Below, one piece after another: positions 39,501 to 49,197 of a stretch of DNA of 64,000 nucleotides (its first letter is position 1; the number at the start of each line of letters is the position of its first letter). Source of the stretch: a virus; the IMG/VR virus record IMGVR_UViG_3300028610_001024, positions 13,729 through 77,728 of that record; one strand, 5' to 3'. Made by a program: the position numbers and the translations under genes. The notes below the pieces were generated by a model. It did not search any database and had not been told where the DNA came from. It worked only from the letters and a program-made list of their open reading frames with translations.

Positions 39501-42500
39501 GGAGATTGCTGGATTCATTGCAGATCAGTTTGCTGGATTGTTTAATACTCTAGAGGATGAGTTAGGTCTAACTGTATTTGAGGGGTTACAGGGTCTGGAG
39601 ATAACTATAGAGAATGAATTGGCTACTGTTAGAATAGGAGGGGCTGTAAAAGGATTTAGAGGAATCGATAGTTTATCACAAGCTATGGCATTTGCAGCTG
39701 AAAGATTACTTAGTATGAATGAAAATGCGGAGGGGCTAGGGGATAATGTACGACAGGTATTTGAGAGAATAGGTGGACCATCAGAAGTAGGAGATTTTGA
39801 AGAACTAAGTGGGGCATTAAATCTAGCTATTGCAATGGATCGTCTAAATGATGGTCTTGATATTACACGCTCTACCACTGAGCTGTTTTTTGATAATCTA
39901 CAAGATAAGACAGAGGAAAATCTTGAATTACAAGGAAAATTTAATTTAGTAGCTGAAGATGTTCTAGCACTTACAGATAGAGCAATAGAACAGAAACGTA
40001 AAGAGTTAGGATTAGGTAGGGATACTCTATTTGGGGCTAGTAATATTGCTCAAGGATTCGCTGACTTAGCTAGAGAAATGGAGGGATTCAATACTGGAAT
40101 AGATAAAGAATTGAAATTTAGAGAAAATCTTACATCTAATAGGGAAGGCTATATAGAAGGAGTAATAGAGGAAACAGTAGCTATAGAGAGGTTATCAGAA
40201 GGTATATCTAATATTTCTGGTGCTACTACTGAGGCAGCAGATGCAGTAGACCAGGCGATGTCAGATATTGTACGTCAGGGTTTCAAAGATAGACTAGAAA
40301 CGATATCTGAGGGTCGTGGCGATTTATCTATAGATAGTAAAGTAGATAGTATGGAAGCTGGGTTTGATAAGACTATCGAGGCTTTACAGGATGCTTTAAG
40401 ACTAGATGTAGCTAGAGATCAGGCTGAGGCGTTGGGTTTAAGTTTAGAAGAGATACCAGAGAAATTCAGTGCTGAAGATATTGCAGATGTTTTCCGTAAA
40501 GGAGCAGCTCAGGCAGGGACTTCTCTTATTACATTATTGCAACAAGTTAAAGGAGAACAATTTGGTATTGCTAAATTACAAGAAGCTGCTGCTATTGAGT
40601 ATAAACTACAATTAGCAGCTCAGATAAGAGAAACACAACGTTTTCTTGAAATAGCAGACGATGCTAGTAAAAGCTTCTTGAGAGGTATTCTAAATGAGGC
40701 TAACTCATTACTTGGTGATCTAGAGTCTGGTGAGGTAAAGTTTACATCTCAAAAGCCAGGTAGGGGTAAAGGTAAGCAAAGACGAGAAGAAGCACGACGG
40801 GAAGCTGAAAAGGCTGCTGAACAATTAGAAGAATTTAATTTAAATTTAAGTCAGTTGACCTTAAATGCATCTACTGCTAGTGGTACCCTGGGTGATCTAT
40901 CGTCTAGATTACTTGATATTGTTACAATTGGCCAAGAAGCGTTAGATATAGGTGCTTCAGCTGAGGATGTTCGACGGCAACAAGGGTTATCAATAAGAGG
41001 AGAACGACAAGAATTATTGAGTCCCTTTAGAGAAGCTGCCGGGAGTAATTTCCTAACTGAGTCAGTGGATATTGAACAGCAGCGCCAAGACGCTCTAGAG
41101 AAGGCTAAACTTATAGCGCAGACTCAGGCAGATTTATTAGGTGTTCCGTTTGAAGTAGCTTTTGCATCTATGGAGCTGGTGATAAACCGCGGCTCGAAAC
41201 AGATGCAGAATGCCTTAACTAGGGCAATGGTTTCAAGTTTAGGTTTACCTCTAGAAAAAGTTAGAGATGGACTTAAAGCTTTTAGATTAAGGATGAAGGA
41301 TTTACATCTTGCATTTAAAACTGGGGCTATTAGTGAACGTAGATACCTAGATTTATTACAGCAGATACAGACTCAACAGGATCAAGCTGTTGGTAGTGAG
41401 GCTTTAGGATTAGCTGATAAATATTATAAAGGAGTTATTGATGGGGAGGAGTTGCGACGTACCTTAGCAATAGCTAATTTTGATCTGGAATTATCACAAG
41501 CTGAGCTGAGATTTAATAGATTACTACTTGAAGGAGCTTTAAGCCAAGAAATTATTGAGAGTGTAAGTGGAATGCTACAATTTATGAGAGATAACCCCCC
41601 CGATTGGGATGCGTTTTTTACTGGTGGTCCAAGTGATAAGTTAGGTGTAGGGAGTAGAATTAGTAGTACAGGTCCTACCGCTGTTACAATAGTAGAGGAT
41701 AATTTTAAATCACTAATAGACTCTATAAATGGATTCTTAAGTCAATTCGATAGAGTAGACATAGGTAGATTTGAGACCCAAGCGAAAGACTGGATTGATG
41801 CTATTGGTGGTTTTAATCAAGATATTGATGCTGCTCTTACTGATAATACGGCTCTAATAAGTAGCCTAGGGGTTTTATCTAATTCTGTATTTGGCATTTC
41901 TGATATAACTCAGTTGACAAGTGAACAGTTAGATGAACTTTCTGCACTATTTCCTACTTTATCGCCTTTAGCACATGAGCTAATAGCGCTAATTAGGTTA
42001 GAACAAGAACTTGATGCTATCTCTGGTCAGGCCTCGGGTAAGATATTAGATCTATACGAAGGTACCTTAGAGGTTACAAATCAGTTAGCACAAGAATATC
42101 AGAATATCAATAATGAATTTGCTGATGTTATAGCAGCACTAGATATTCTTGGTGGTACAGCTGAGGAACTTGCCCGTGCTGAGGAAATAAGGTTAGAAAG
42201 AATCGCCGCCTTTTGGGAACTTACTTTAAGTGGAGTTAGAGGGTTAAGTGAGGAATTACGCGGTGGTAGTCTCGGTGGGATATCTGCACGTAGGCGTGTT
42301 GATGTAGCTGAGGATAGAGTTGATGAATTACGAGCTAGATTAGAAGTGGATCCATTGGATTTTGAAGCGTTAGGTGAAATAGAGCAAGCTGTTAGAGATT
42401 TTATTGATGTACAGAGAGAATTTACAGGTGGAGCTGGGGCTGAGTTTGGATTAACCATTCAAGAGATGTTGGCATTCTTAGATACTATTCAACCACCAGA

Positions 42501-42756
42501 TTTAACTAATGAACCTCCGTTAGCATCTCCAGATGTAACATTGAGAATGGATGTACAGACGGTAGAGCTGCAAAGTGTCAATGAGAAGTTGGTAGAGCAG
42601 AATTTGCATATGTTGGAAATGTTGCAGTTGAATAGAGATCGGATAACAGTGACGCAGATTCAACATGATGCAGAGATAGAAAATCAGAGTGCAATAGGTG
42701 GAGCTACTATTGAAGCTATCGAAGGGTTAGATAGTGTAACAAGTCCACCAAGTTAG
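36559..42756 (+). CDS. Tail tape measure protein (TP901-family core)
   Basis: RELGRSTRFTA.EVA....L.RAGF, AANRANTDV..L, LADRGLKGELGGTGLR; 2065 aa, helical. Confidence 0.95.
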   Translation: MPNVAADGFETPVRLGFKQFEGDSSRILKTVDKTVKGLDRLSKPIKADIRQFSQDIKGAVGKVEKLEKGIDKLGKGRTRKPLISKTERDNLKGLSDGIDKVGLKASNLVRKQNLVNSVMRQTGVSAQVAGRAVSVYAGNLDRAEKEAVQLARGLGKAKNETNRLTEAQKRGNKTTSKGSNQLLEMGKRAAGLALAYVGVRQGLAQIGQSTDVFLQLEDNLLGTQAVTNSTSEEMKGLSDQTRELGRSTRFTAIEVAKTQQILSRAGFSMRETVGALPSLLNFASAAQLDLNSATSIGADILRSFNRDVRELENVLDILAFAANRANTDVRLLSQGAKFAAPVFQATGQGVDVMSAALATLADRGLKGELGGTGLRISIRSLIAPTKIATETLKKMGINLEDVDFQGENLIDVINLLAEKNLGAAESFRIFSARGGTSMLALTAGVDKFNEIYTEMGEGVDGTTKRMSETIESGLGGSTRRLVSAVESARIAFSEGYVPALMESQKRTIELLNTSEDTLISLGKLAGGVLNITSAWLNFITGTSLVKGLSSNIDEITASTVKMQEQWGLTSKAIAGGAETIDERLKVVHEQLKRNIAQAKLFSSQTPEQKRRLGDKPLEAQRQIFALRTEIEALEAAQDGANIAAIEAAEIADEQAKAFAREEKEAKSVALGVEAVSKAKQDAKVITRGLRSEIEKLEIKLGKAKNALDLGVLSLGSYNKEVERLNGLIHDIEVDKLAQEIEGLKGLLELTRPEMVIEAKVETKEIDALEKRLDKELTLRIVTSIGTPGIPDLDSGSGEPLDIFNPADDIEGIKQFGKEYKNQLTKAQKITEKFEGQWGNVADAIFLAGDAISSMDSGLGGLLKSVSSLIPAFENLAKARASGDQVAINNANAQLADAVLGAVGTAAGGALAGGGTSSFGGEKSGTFSEEGASIGGIFGGTGAFVGAVLGAFFKKAGDTMVLQFSQGLDNIESRVQASEGLEEIAGFIADQFAGLFNTLEDELGLTVFEGLQGLEITIENELATVRIGGAVKGFRGIDSLSQAMAFAAERLLSMNENAEGLGDNVRQVFERIGGPSEVGDFEELSGALNLAIAMDRLNDGLDITRSTTELFFDNLQDKTEENLELQGKFNLVAEDVLALTDRAIEQKRKELGLGRDTLFGASNIAQGFADLAREMEGFNTGIDKELKFRENLTSNREGYIEGVIEETVAIERLSEGISNISGATTEAADAVDQAMSDIVRQGFKDRLETISEGRGDLSIDSKVDSMEAGFDKTIEALQDALRLDVARDQAEALGLSLEEIPEKFSAEDIADVFRKGAAQAGTSLITLLQQVKGEQFGIAKLQEAAAIEYKLQLAAQIRETQRFLEIADDASKSFLRGILNEANSLLGDLESGEVKFTSQKPGRGKGKQRREEARREAEKAAEQLEEFNLNLSQLTLNASTASGTLGDLSSRLLDIVTIGQEALDIGASAEDVRRQQGLSIRGERQELLSPFREAAGSNFLTESVDIEQQRQDALEKAKLIAQTQADLLGVPFEVAFASMELVINRGSKQMQNALTRAMVSSLGLPLEKVRDGLKAFRLRMKDLHLAFKTGAISERRYLDLLQQIQTQQDQAVGSEALGLADKYYKGVIDGEELRRTLAIANFDLELSQAELRFNRLLLEGALSQEIIESVSGMLQFMRDNPPDWDAFFTGGPSDKLGVGSRISSTGPTAVTIVEDNFKSLIDSINGFLSQFDRVDIGRFETQAKDWIDAIGGFNQDIDAALTDNTALISSLGVLSNSVFGISDITQLTSEQLDELSALFPTLSPLAHELIALIRLEQELDAISGQASGKILDLYEGTLEVTNQLAQEYQNINNEFADVIAALDILGGTAEELARAEEIRLERIAAFWELTLSGVRGLSEELRGGSLGGISARRRVDVAEDRVDELRARLEVDPLDFEALGEIEQAVRDFIDVQREFTGGAGAEFGLTIQEMLAFLDTIQPPDLTNEPPLASPDVTLRMDVQTVELQSVNEKLVEQNLHMLEMLQLNRDRITVTQIQHDAEIENQSAIGGATIEAIEGLDSVTSPPS

Positions 42757-42795
42757 GTAATGTGGGGTTATAGGGTAGTAGCATGATATTGGGGG

Positions 42796-42824
42796 TTGAC
42801 ATGGTTGGAACTAAGTGGTAAAAT
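42796..42824 (+). promoter_or_regulatory. Strong sigma-70-type promoter
   Basis: TTGACA-N17-(TGG)TAAAAT. Confidence 0.7.
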
Positions 42825-42862
42825 ACTTAAATTAGATTTAACTTTTTTTACTTGGAGTTTTA

Positions 42863-43145
42863 GTGATGGAAAGAAAATCAAGATTCGATCCTACACATAC
42901 ACCTATACACAGTTGGTTTGGATTATCTTATGTATCTTTTCTAACCCTTCCTAGAGTGTTAATGGAGAATATGCCACAGGAATGGCAAGTAAAAATGAGT
43001 GAATTACTAAAGGAATATGAAGATGAATTCCCTGGTATAGAATCAGAAATTGATGAACAAATTAGTTAAAATTCCTGAACGAATAGTGAATTATCGCAGA
43101 CCTGATACAGATTGGATAGAATCGATGAGGAAAACTGAAATATAA
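42863..43145 (+). pseudogene. Small conserved phage protein, apparently frameshifted
   Basis: WFGLSY.SFLTLPRVLME.MP.EWQ in frame 0; LVKIPE..VNYRRPD continues in +1 frame to TAA 43143-43145. Confidence 0.45.
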
Positions 43146-45631
43146 TGTTACTCTACATCCTATGGGACATGGTCCTACAAGGTCCATCACCGGGTAATAT
43201 ATTACGGTTCTCCAATCGTAAGTATGTAGACGTGTCCGCTAGTGTTGGGCTATATGGTAAATCTTATAGAGCATCGTGGACCGATAAATCCTTCGATACT
43301 CTACAGATCAACATGATGAAATATAAAGTAGAAGGCGGGAAGGATAAAGATGGAAGTCATATTACATCTACAGGCGGTATGAATCCACGTAGAATTACGT
43401 CTATTGAGGTTGTGAATACTAGACTAGGTGAAGGACAGGATAGAGAATTAGATTATCTATTTGAAGTTGGAGGGGCTTATACTTTACGTGGTACTGTAAC
43501 TGGACGAATGGCTTTCGGTCCTGATACTGGAATACAACCAGATATAGGAGACTTTGAAACCTTTTTTACTGGTGTAGTAAATACTAATCCTGGTAGGGAT
43601 CTAGGTAAGAATACTGTAACGTGGTTTATGGAAAGTAGACTACAAGGTGAGACTAAGGGACCACTATTAACTGAGCGGTTTAATGGGATGGCTAGGTTTT
43701 ATGAGATGGCCTTTAAAGAGTTATCCATTGCTCCTCCGGTGTTTATCTTAGGTGATTTTACAGTACAGATGTACGTATCGTTTAGTGATGATGATGGATC
43801 GATTTTCCGTGTTGAAGATAGTGGTACTGTAATGTTTGAGATATTCTTTGATGATGCAACTAATACACTAAGAATAGGGGTGGACGATCGTACTGATGTA
43901 TATACAATAGCTGTAGTTAATATAGTTACTTTAACAGACTTTCTTTTTGTTACTGTCGCGTGGGATAAAACTGGAGGAGTATTTAATGCCTGGATTGATA
44001 GTGTGAAAGAATTAGATGACGAGCCAATAGTAACTGATATATTAGGTACCGCTAGTGATCTAACTTTAAGTGATACATCATATAGTAGGATTAGATTTTC
44101 TACAGTTAGAGTCTGGGATTATGTTAGAACTCAACCTGAAGTGCTACGTACCCTAGGTGTAATAGATCTATCTGATGAAACAGATATGCTTATAGATTGG
44201 GAATTTGATGAGGGCCGTGGGGATACAATAGTAGATCACAGTGGAAATAGTAATCATATAGTAATTCCAGCTAGTACAGGCGAATGGAAAAGTATTGATC
44301 ATGGTGAAGCATTTCAAGAGGGTGAAATTAAACCTTTAGCTTTAGGAGATATATTTAGTGCTCCTGTAAAGGAGATAGATACCCGATTAGATAAAGGTAT
44401 GGTGTCGTTGGTGTTACATTCGATAAATAGAGTATACTCACAAGGTATGCCATTAGTGTTTGAGACGTTACCTATATCTGCACAGTTTACATTCAATCAT
44501 CTGTCAAAAACGGTTAAATACTCCTCAGCATTGGCTACCCCTGTATTTGGGGATACTTATATAATAAATCAGCAAGTGGAAATAGTTGCTAGTACGAATT
44601 TTGATGGAATTATCACTTTAGTTCTATCTACTCCTAACCCTGAAAGGGGTCTTAGGCCCGCTGGGTTAGATTATCTTTTCGAACTACAGTTTGTAGATCC
44701 AGGTTGGACAGTTTCAGGTACTGAAGCCGCAATATTTACAACGATAGTTGGACAGGCTAATTGGGAGACTACTACGGGACCTTTTGATATTCCTAACTTA
44801 ATACAGTTTAATAGTGATCCTATAGGGCCACTGTTTGCTAATGTGATAGGTGATCCAGCTATTCTTGCTACGAGTCCTCCTAGTCCTGGCTTTGTACCAC
44901 CAGGGGATATTTCAAATTTACTTGCACAAATGATGAAACTATATGGACCAAAATGGAATGACACGATATTTCCTCTTCCTGTATATGGGAATATTGATTT
45001 TAGAGTGGGATACTATGTAGATACACTAGAAACTACTGAGAAGGCTGTAAATAAAGTATCTGAAGGGTGCCTGGTGTGGACTACTGAAAGTGGGGAAGGT
45101 ACTATTGGGCTACAACAATTTAAGTTTCCTGAGGACCTTTCTGGTGCTGAAGTTATTCATGAGTCTGAAGTAATCAAAGTAGAGCAGCCTCATTTTAAAG
45201 ATCATGGATTAAATAGATTAACTTCGTTAGATGTGCGGCATTCAAAATCATGGGTTACAATGGAGGATAGTTCTATCCCTGCCGCAGTGGATCCTGATAC
45301 TAGAGCCTTTATTACAAAACAGTGGCGTACTATAGCAGTCGGGGAAGTTAATCAGATAGATGTAATAACTCCAACTTTTAATACGTATGTTAATAGTAGA
45401 CTGCCGGCTGGTAATATAGGTGAGGATGTTCTTCGATTGTCACAAGGTACCGTCCACTTTATAACCTTTAGATTAGATGCAATGAGTCAACTATCTTCAT
45501 TCCAACAAGGTACTCTTGTCAATGCTGATTTACCCAAGTACAACCTACCTAATTTAGTCGGTGTAAGCTTTGGTCCGATATTATTTCCTACAATAGGTCA
45601 AATTACAGTAGCAGTCTGGAGTGAACAATGA
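43145..45631 (+). CDS. Tail tip/hub protein with LamG-like (ConA) domain
   Basis: GDFTV...FV.V.WD....WID...VRVWD..RT..E...W.FDEG.G.T..D.SGN.NH; KPLALG; follows tape measure. Confidence 0.75.
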   Translation: MLLYILWDMVLQGPSPGNILRFSNRKYVDVSASVGLYGKSYRASWTDKSFDTLQINMMKYKVEGGKDKDGSHITSTGGMNPRRITSIEVVNTRLGEGQDRELDYLFEVGGAYTLRGTVTGRMAFGPDTGIQPDIGDFETFFTGVVNTNPGRDLGKNTVTWFMESRLQGETKGPLLTERFNGMARFYEMAFKELSIAPPVFILGDFTVQMYVSFSDDDGSIFRVEDSGTVMFEIFFDDATNTLRIGVDDRTDVYTIAVVNIVTLTDFLFVTVAWDKTGGVFNAWIDSVKELDDEPIVTDILGTASDLTLSDTSYSRIRFSTVRVWDYVRTQPEVLRTLGVIDLSDETDMLIDWEFDEGRGDTIVDHSGNSNHIVIPASTGEWKSIDHGEAFQEGEIKPLALGDIFSAPVKEIDTRLDKGMVSLVLHSINRVYSQGMPLVFETLPISAQFTFNHLSKTVKYSSALATPVFGDTYIINQQVEIVASTNFDGIITLVLSTPNPERGLRPAGLDYLFELQFVDPGWTVSGTEAAIFTTIVGQANWETTTGPFDIPNLIQFNSDPIGPLFANVIGDPAILATSPPSPGFVPPGDISNLLAQMMKLYGPKWNDTIFPLPVYGNIDFRVGYYVDTLETTEKAVNKVSEGCLVWTTESGEGTIGLQQFKFPEDLSGAEVIHESEVIKVEQPHFKDHGLNRLTSLDVRHSKSWVTMEDSSIPAAVDPDTRAFITKQWRTIAVGEVNQIDVITPTFNTYVNSRLPAGNIGEDVLRLSQGTVHFITFRLDAMSQLSSFQQGTLVNADLPKYNLPNLVGVSFGPILFPTIGQITVAVWSEQ

Positions 45632-46503
45632 CGCCTTATATAGGTTATAGTAATCAAGTAGAATTGGCTACTGTTATAGCCGATGATGGAAGTGATTTTT
45701 CCTTTGTGACTAGTCGCCCAGTTGAGGTTGTTGGGGTAATGGACGCTGCACTTACATCATTAGAGATAATTACCCACTGGGGTGGGGATATAAAGGTTAT
45801 GTCATCTGTTGCTGTGTATGGGCATAATGTTACTACGGCAGTAGTACCTGCGGTAAGTCCCACTGTACAAGTAAGATTTTACGATAATGAGGTGCCCTTA
45901 TCTGGTATACTGCTTGCCGATAGTGGAACACAATCCCTGACTGAAAATTATCTGCACACATCATCACTAGGAATATCTAATCAACCTAGACAGTTTCTGT
46001 ATACATTTACAAAGAATGAGGCTGGTAGACTGGTACCTGAAGTATTCTCGGCTAAAAGTATTCGTTGGAACTTCACATTTGGAGCTGCATTTATATTAGA
46101 AATAGGCTCTTTATGGGGAGTTAAAACCATAGCTTTAAGTCCAATTGCTGAATTAGGTAAAGAGTCTGGACTAAATACTATAGTATTTTCGAAAGTTATT
46201 AGAACTCAGAAAGCTGGAGTGGTCTCTCAGGACGATACCAATATTGGACTTGTAGAGTTAGGGTTTCCGGTATTATCCGGTAATGATAAAGAAACACTAA
46301 CTGATTTATCTAAACGAGTAGGAGATTCTAATCCGTTCTTTTTACATAAATATCCTGGGTTAAGTCAACAGTTGAATAGAAATGATGAAGGTGGAATTGT
46401 AAGGTTTATACCTAAAGGAGTAAAGATTAACCATTTAGGCAAGGAAAATGGTGGGGATGATTTGTATGAAATGTCTAATGTTGCATTAACCTCCTGGAGG
46501 TAA
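45628..46503 (+). CDS. Tail protein (distal-tail like)
   Basis: Position; EIGSLW, VG...PFF motifs; ATGA coupling. Confidence 0.55.
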   Translation: MTPYIGYSNQVELATVIADDGSDFSFVTSRPVEVVGVMDAALTSLEIITHWGGDIKVMSSVAVYGHNVTTAVVPAVSPTVQVRFYDNEVPLSGILLADSGTQSLTENYLHTSSLGISNQPRQFLYTFTKNEAGRLVPEVFSAKSIRWNFTFGAAFILEIGSLWGVKTIALSPIAELGKESGLNTIVFSKVIRTQKAGVVSQDDTNIGLVELGFPVLSGNDKETLTDLSKRVGDSNPFFLHKYPGLSQQLNRNDEGGIVRFIPKGVKINHLGKENGGDDLYEMSNVALTSWR

Positions 46504-46505
46504 AG

Positions 46506-46982
46506 GTGTCTAGCTTTAGTCCTAATAATCCTTCAGTAGTCCCTCCAGTTAAATCTTCAACTGTAGATGCTGTAGAGATAAATTTATTTAACTCCAAGAT
46601 TGTAACCTTTAACGTAGATGGATCTATTGAGATTGATGGTGTATTTGTTGAGAGAATAGTTCAAGTACAAAGCTTTGTAAAAGGACAATTTGTTACGATA
46701 GGTTCTCCATGGATTTTAAGTCTACAGACATCATCTACAGGCCAAGCTGATGGAATTGTTATAGATAGTAATGGGTTGGAATTTTTTGTATGCATGATAG
46801 ATGGGAGTGTAATAGATTTACCTAGTCATGGAAAAGGCTCAGTTGGGGTTACTTTATGGGGTAGCGGTTCAGGTAATACTACAACTTCTAGACCAAATAG
46901 CGGTAACGTCTTTCAACGAGTTGCTAGAGTTAAAACTGTTGATGAAATAGTACTCAAAATTGAACACCCAGTAACCTTTTAG
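46506..46982 (+). CDS. Virion structural protein (tail-associated)
   Basis: GGAGG SD; beta-rich; G..LW.S.SG..T..RP..G...Q.V. Confidence 0.5.
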   Translation: MSSFSPNNPSVVPPVKSSTVDAVEINLFNSKIVTFNVDGSIEIDGVFVERIVQVQSFVKGQFVTIGSPWILSLQTSSTGQADGIVIDSNGLEFFVCMIDGSVIDLPSHGKGSVGVTLWGSGSGNTTTSRPNSGNVFQRVARVKTVDEIVLKIEHPVTF

Positions 46983-46990
46983 GGGGGCGT

Positions 46991-47884
46991 ATGAAAAGAG
47001 TAACTTGGACAACTATAGTAATCTATTTTTTCGCTGTAGGGTTACGGGGGCAGAATATTTCTGTACCTGGAGCGAATATGCCTGTGTGTAACGTAACAAA
47101 TCACGCTAAAACTATAACTATAGAGGATCCGGACTCTTATGAGGATTGTAATACTGGGGGAGGTACAGGATTTCCACCCCATGACTGTACATGTTACTGG
47201 GATGGTGCTACAGGAGTGTGGCTACTCCATACTCATAGTTCTATTGATAATGACCTTGTGATTAACGAATCGGGTGCCGCAGTGGATTTTCGTATTGAGG
47301 GGGATACCAAACCCAATTTATTCGTGACAGATGGAAGCGCGGATGAAATTGGTATTGGAACGGCAGACCCTGACGGAACTTTACACGTCATGCAGGCGTC
47401 AGCAGGGACCGTGACCGCGGGAAGCGCGGGGAACACTGCTGTATTTGAAGCTGCTGGAAATAATGGAATCTCTATTCTGGTCCCCGACGCCAATAGGGCC
47501 AATGTGAACCTGGGTACCGAATCCGATAACGTTGGCGCCTTTCTCCAATGGGATTTCACCGCTGACTTGTTTAGCATTACGACGGCTAATGTCGGTGCAG
47601 AGATCGTGCTGAAGACCGCTAATCAGGTTGGGGCTGTATGGATCGATTCTGATCAGCGTGTAGGCATAAACGATAGCTTACCTGCAAGTCGCTTTCATGT
47701 CACTCTTGACAGCGATGAGGCTGTGTGTATCGAGACCTCAAGTGGAACCTGTTGCAATTATGGGGAACTGACTAGTCCTCCTAGCTCTCCTAATGATTGT
47801 GATGAGTATACAGACACTAGCGGAGCTAAGTGCTTTCGCTTATCAGGTGCGTGGACGGTCGTTGGATCGGGTACATGTGCCTAA
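46991..47884 (+). CDS. Tail-fibre-like protein with apparent N-terminal signal peptide
   Basis: DFRIEGD...L, IGIGTADP...LHV, VGIND..P.SR.HV fibre repeats; hydrophobic N-terminus. Confidence 0.6.
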   Translation: MKRVTWTTIVIYFFAVGLRGQNISVPGANMPVCNVTNHAKTITIEDPDSYEDCNTGGGTGFPPHDCTCYWDGATGVWLLHTHSSIDNDLVINESGAAVDFRIEGDTKPNLFVTDGSADEIGIGTADPDGTLHVMQASAGTVTAGSAGNTAVFEAAGNNGISILVPDANRANVNLGTESDNVGAFLQWDFTADLFSITTANVGAEIVLKTANQVGAVWIDSDQRVGINDSLPASRFHVTLDSDEAVCIETSSGTCCNYGELTSPPSSPNDCDEYTDTSGAKCFRLSGAWTVVGSGTCA

Positions 47885-47905
47885 ACTTACTGAGGAACTA
47901 AAATC

Positions 47906-48484
47906 ATGAGACATTTTGCGATTGTAATTCTTGTACTTTTCACCGGGTGCTCACCTTTAGTTTACGACCCTATACCTACCACTTTAATCCACGGCTCCTT
48001 AGTAGCTTCTAATATTGAACCTGTACGGGTAACTACTATAGAGGAGGATGAAGCTATAAATGTCTTCGATAGGATTATTGAAGCTGAGGGGTTAGGTGTT
48101 GATACGCAGCGGACTGAGGGGGGAGAATTACCACCTAATGTTTTAACTCGCGCAGATTTTGCTAGACAAGAGGTTTCATGGTGTAGTGAGGAGGATACAG
48201 ATGAATTCTGTGAAAATGAATTCAAAAATGCACTGTATCTATATGGTAAAGCCTTTTCTATAGAGGGTGGTTTTCTCTGTGATGGTATGACTAGGAAAGC
48301 ATGTATGGATGAAGGTAGGTCTACAGGTTGGTTTCCTGGTACAGAGATTGTTACACTAACAAAAGCAGACCAATTAGTTGAAAAAAAGATAAGTAAAGAG
48401 CATGAAAAAAATCAGGATCGAGGACGAAAAATTAGACTTGAGCGACGTCAAAGAGATAAAAGTAGGAGTAGGAGTAACCAATAG
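47906..48484 (+). CDS. Lipoprotein
   Basis: MRH plus hydrophobic stretch plus lipobox LFTG-C; GAGG SD. Confidence 0.7.
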   Translation: MRHFAIVILVLFTGCSPLVYDPIPTTLIHGSLVASNIEPVRVTTIEEDEAINVFDRIIEAEGLGVDTQRTEGGELPPNVLTRADFARQEVSWCSEEDTDEFCENEFKNALYLYGKAFSIEGGFLCDGMTRKACMDEGRSTGWFPGTEIVTLTKADQLVEKKISKEHEKNQDRGRKIRLERRQRDKSRSRSNQ

Positions 48485-48509
48485 GCTAGGACAAGTGAGG
48501 TTATAAGTA

Positions 48510-49079
48510 ATGAGTAGTGAGCCTAGTAAAGTTAGGGAGATGCCGGAGGTAGTGAAGAAGTGGATTGCCGCCGGTAGTCCCAGTATTGAGGAACTTCAAC
48601 AAATGGTGGAGCAAATGAAGGGGGGACAACTCCCAGTTGAGTTATCTGAAACACGGTTACCTACTAATTACAGATTCTGGGGGATAGCTATTGGTGTTAT
48701 TATGTTTTTTGCAGTTAGTGGTTATAAAATGGGGGGTAAAGATGTAGATACAGCTAGATCATTGAATATGTTAACGTTAAGAGTTGAAGCAGTAGCTAAA
48801 ATAGTTGGACCTATTTCTACTGCATTAGATGGGGTTAGATTGGAAATAAGCGGTTTAAAGGATGAAGTGGTTAGATTGCAGCGTAGTCAAAGTGGGTATG
48901 ATATAGAATTGGCACAGACTAGAACTGATATTGAGGCGTTAGAGAAAATACTTACTAATACTATAACCAATGGTGATAAGAGATCTATTGATTTGTTTAA
49001 TAGCTTAAATAGTAAAGTTATAAGAAATGAGAATCATCTCAGTACCCTTAAAGGAAGATTCAATGCAGTACATGAGTAA
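48510..49079 (+). CDS. Membrane-anchored coiled-coil protein (lysis accessory candidate)
   Basis: TM FWGIAIGVIMFFAVSGY followed by heptad-rich region. Confidence 0.55.
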   Translation: MSSEPSKVREMPEVVKKWIAAGSPSIEELQQMVEQMKGGQLPVELSETRLPTNYRFWGIAIGVIMFFAVSGYKMGGKDVDTARSLNMLTLRVEAVAKIVGPISTALDGVRLEISGLKDEVVRLQRSQSGYDIELAQTRTDIEALEKILTNTITNGDKRSIDLFNSLNSKVIRNENHLSTLKGRFNAVHE

Positions 49080-49104
49080 CACAAGTAACGAAAGGAGGTA
49101 GTAA

Positions 49105-49182
49105 ATGAGCATATACGAGACATCTAATCGTCGTGATGATGATGATGACGATGATGAACCCCCACCGACTCCAGCTACTTAA
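49105..49182 (+). CDS. 25-aa acidic/proline micropeptide MSIYETSNRRDDDDDDDEPPPTPAT
   Basis: Perfect AAGGAGGT SD; followed by terminator. Confidence 0.6.
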   Translation: MSIYETSNRRDDDDDDDEPPPTPAT

Positions 49183-49197
49183 GGTTTTGATGTATTC

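Noticed and set aside
43145-47884. Diversity-generating retroelement targeting tail genes
   Set aside because: No reverse transcriptase and no TR/VR pair noticed in this window
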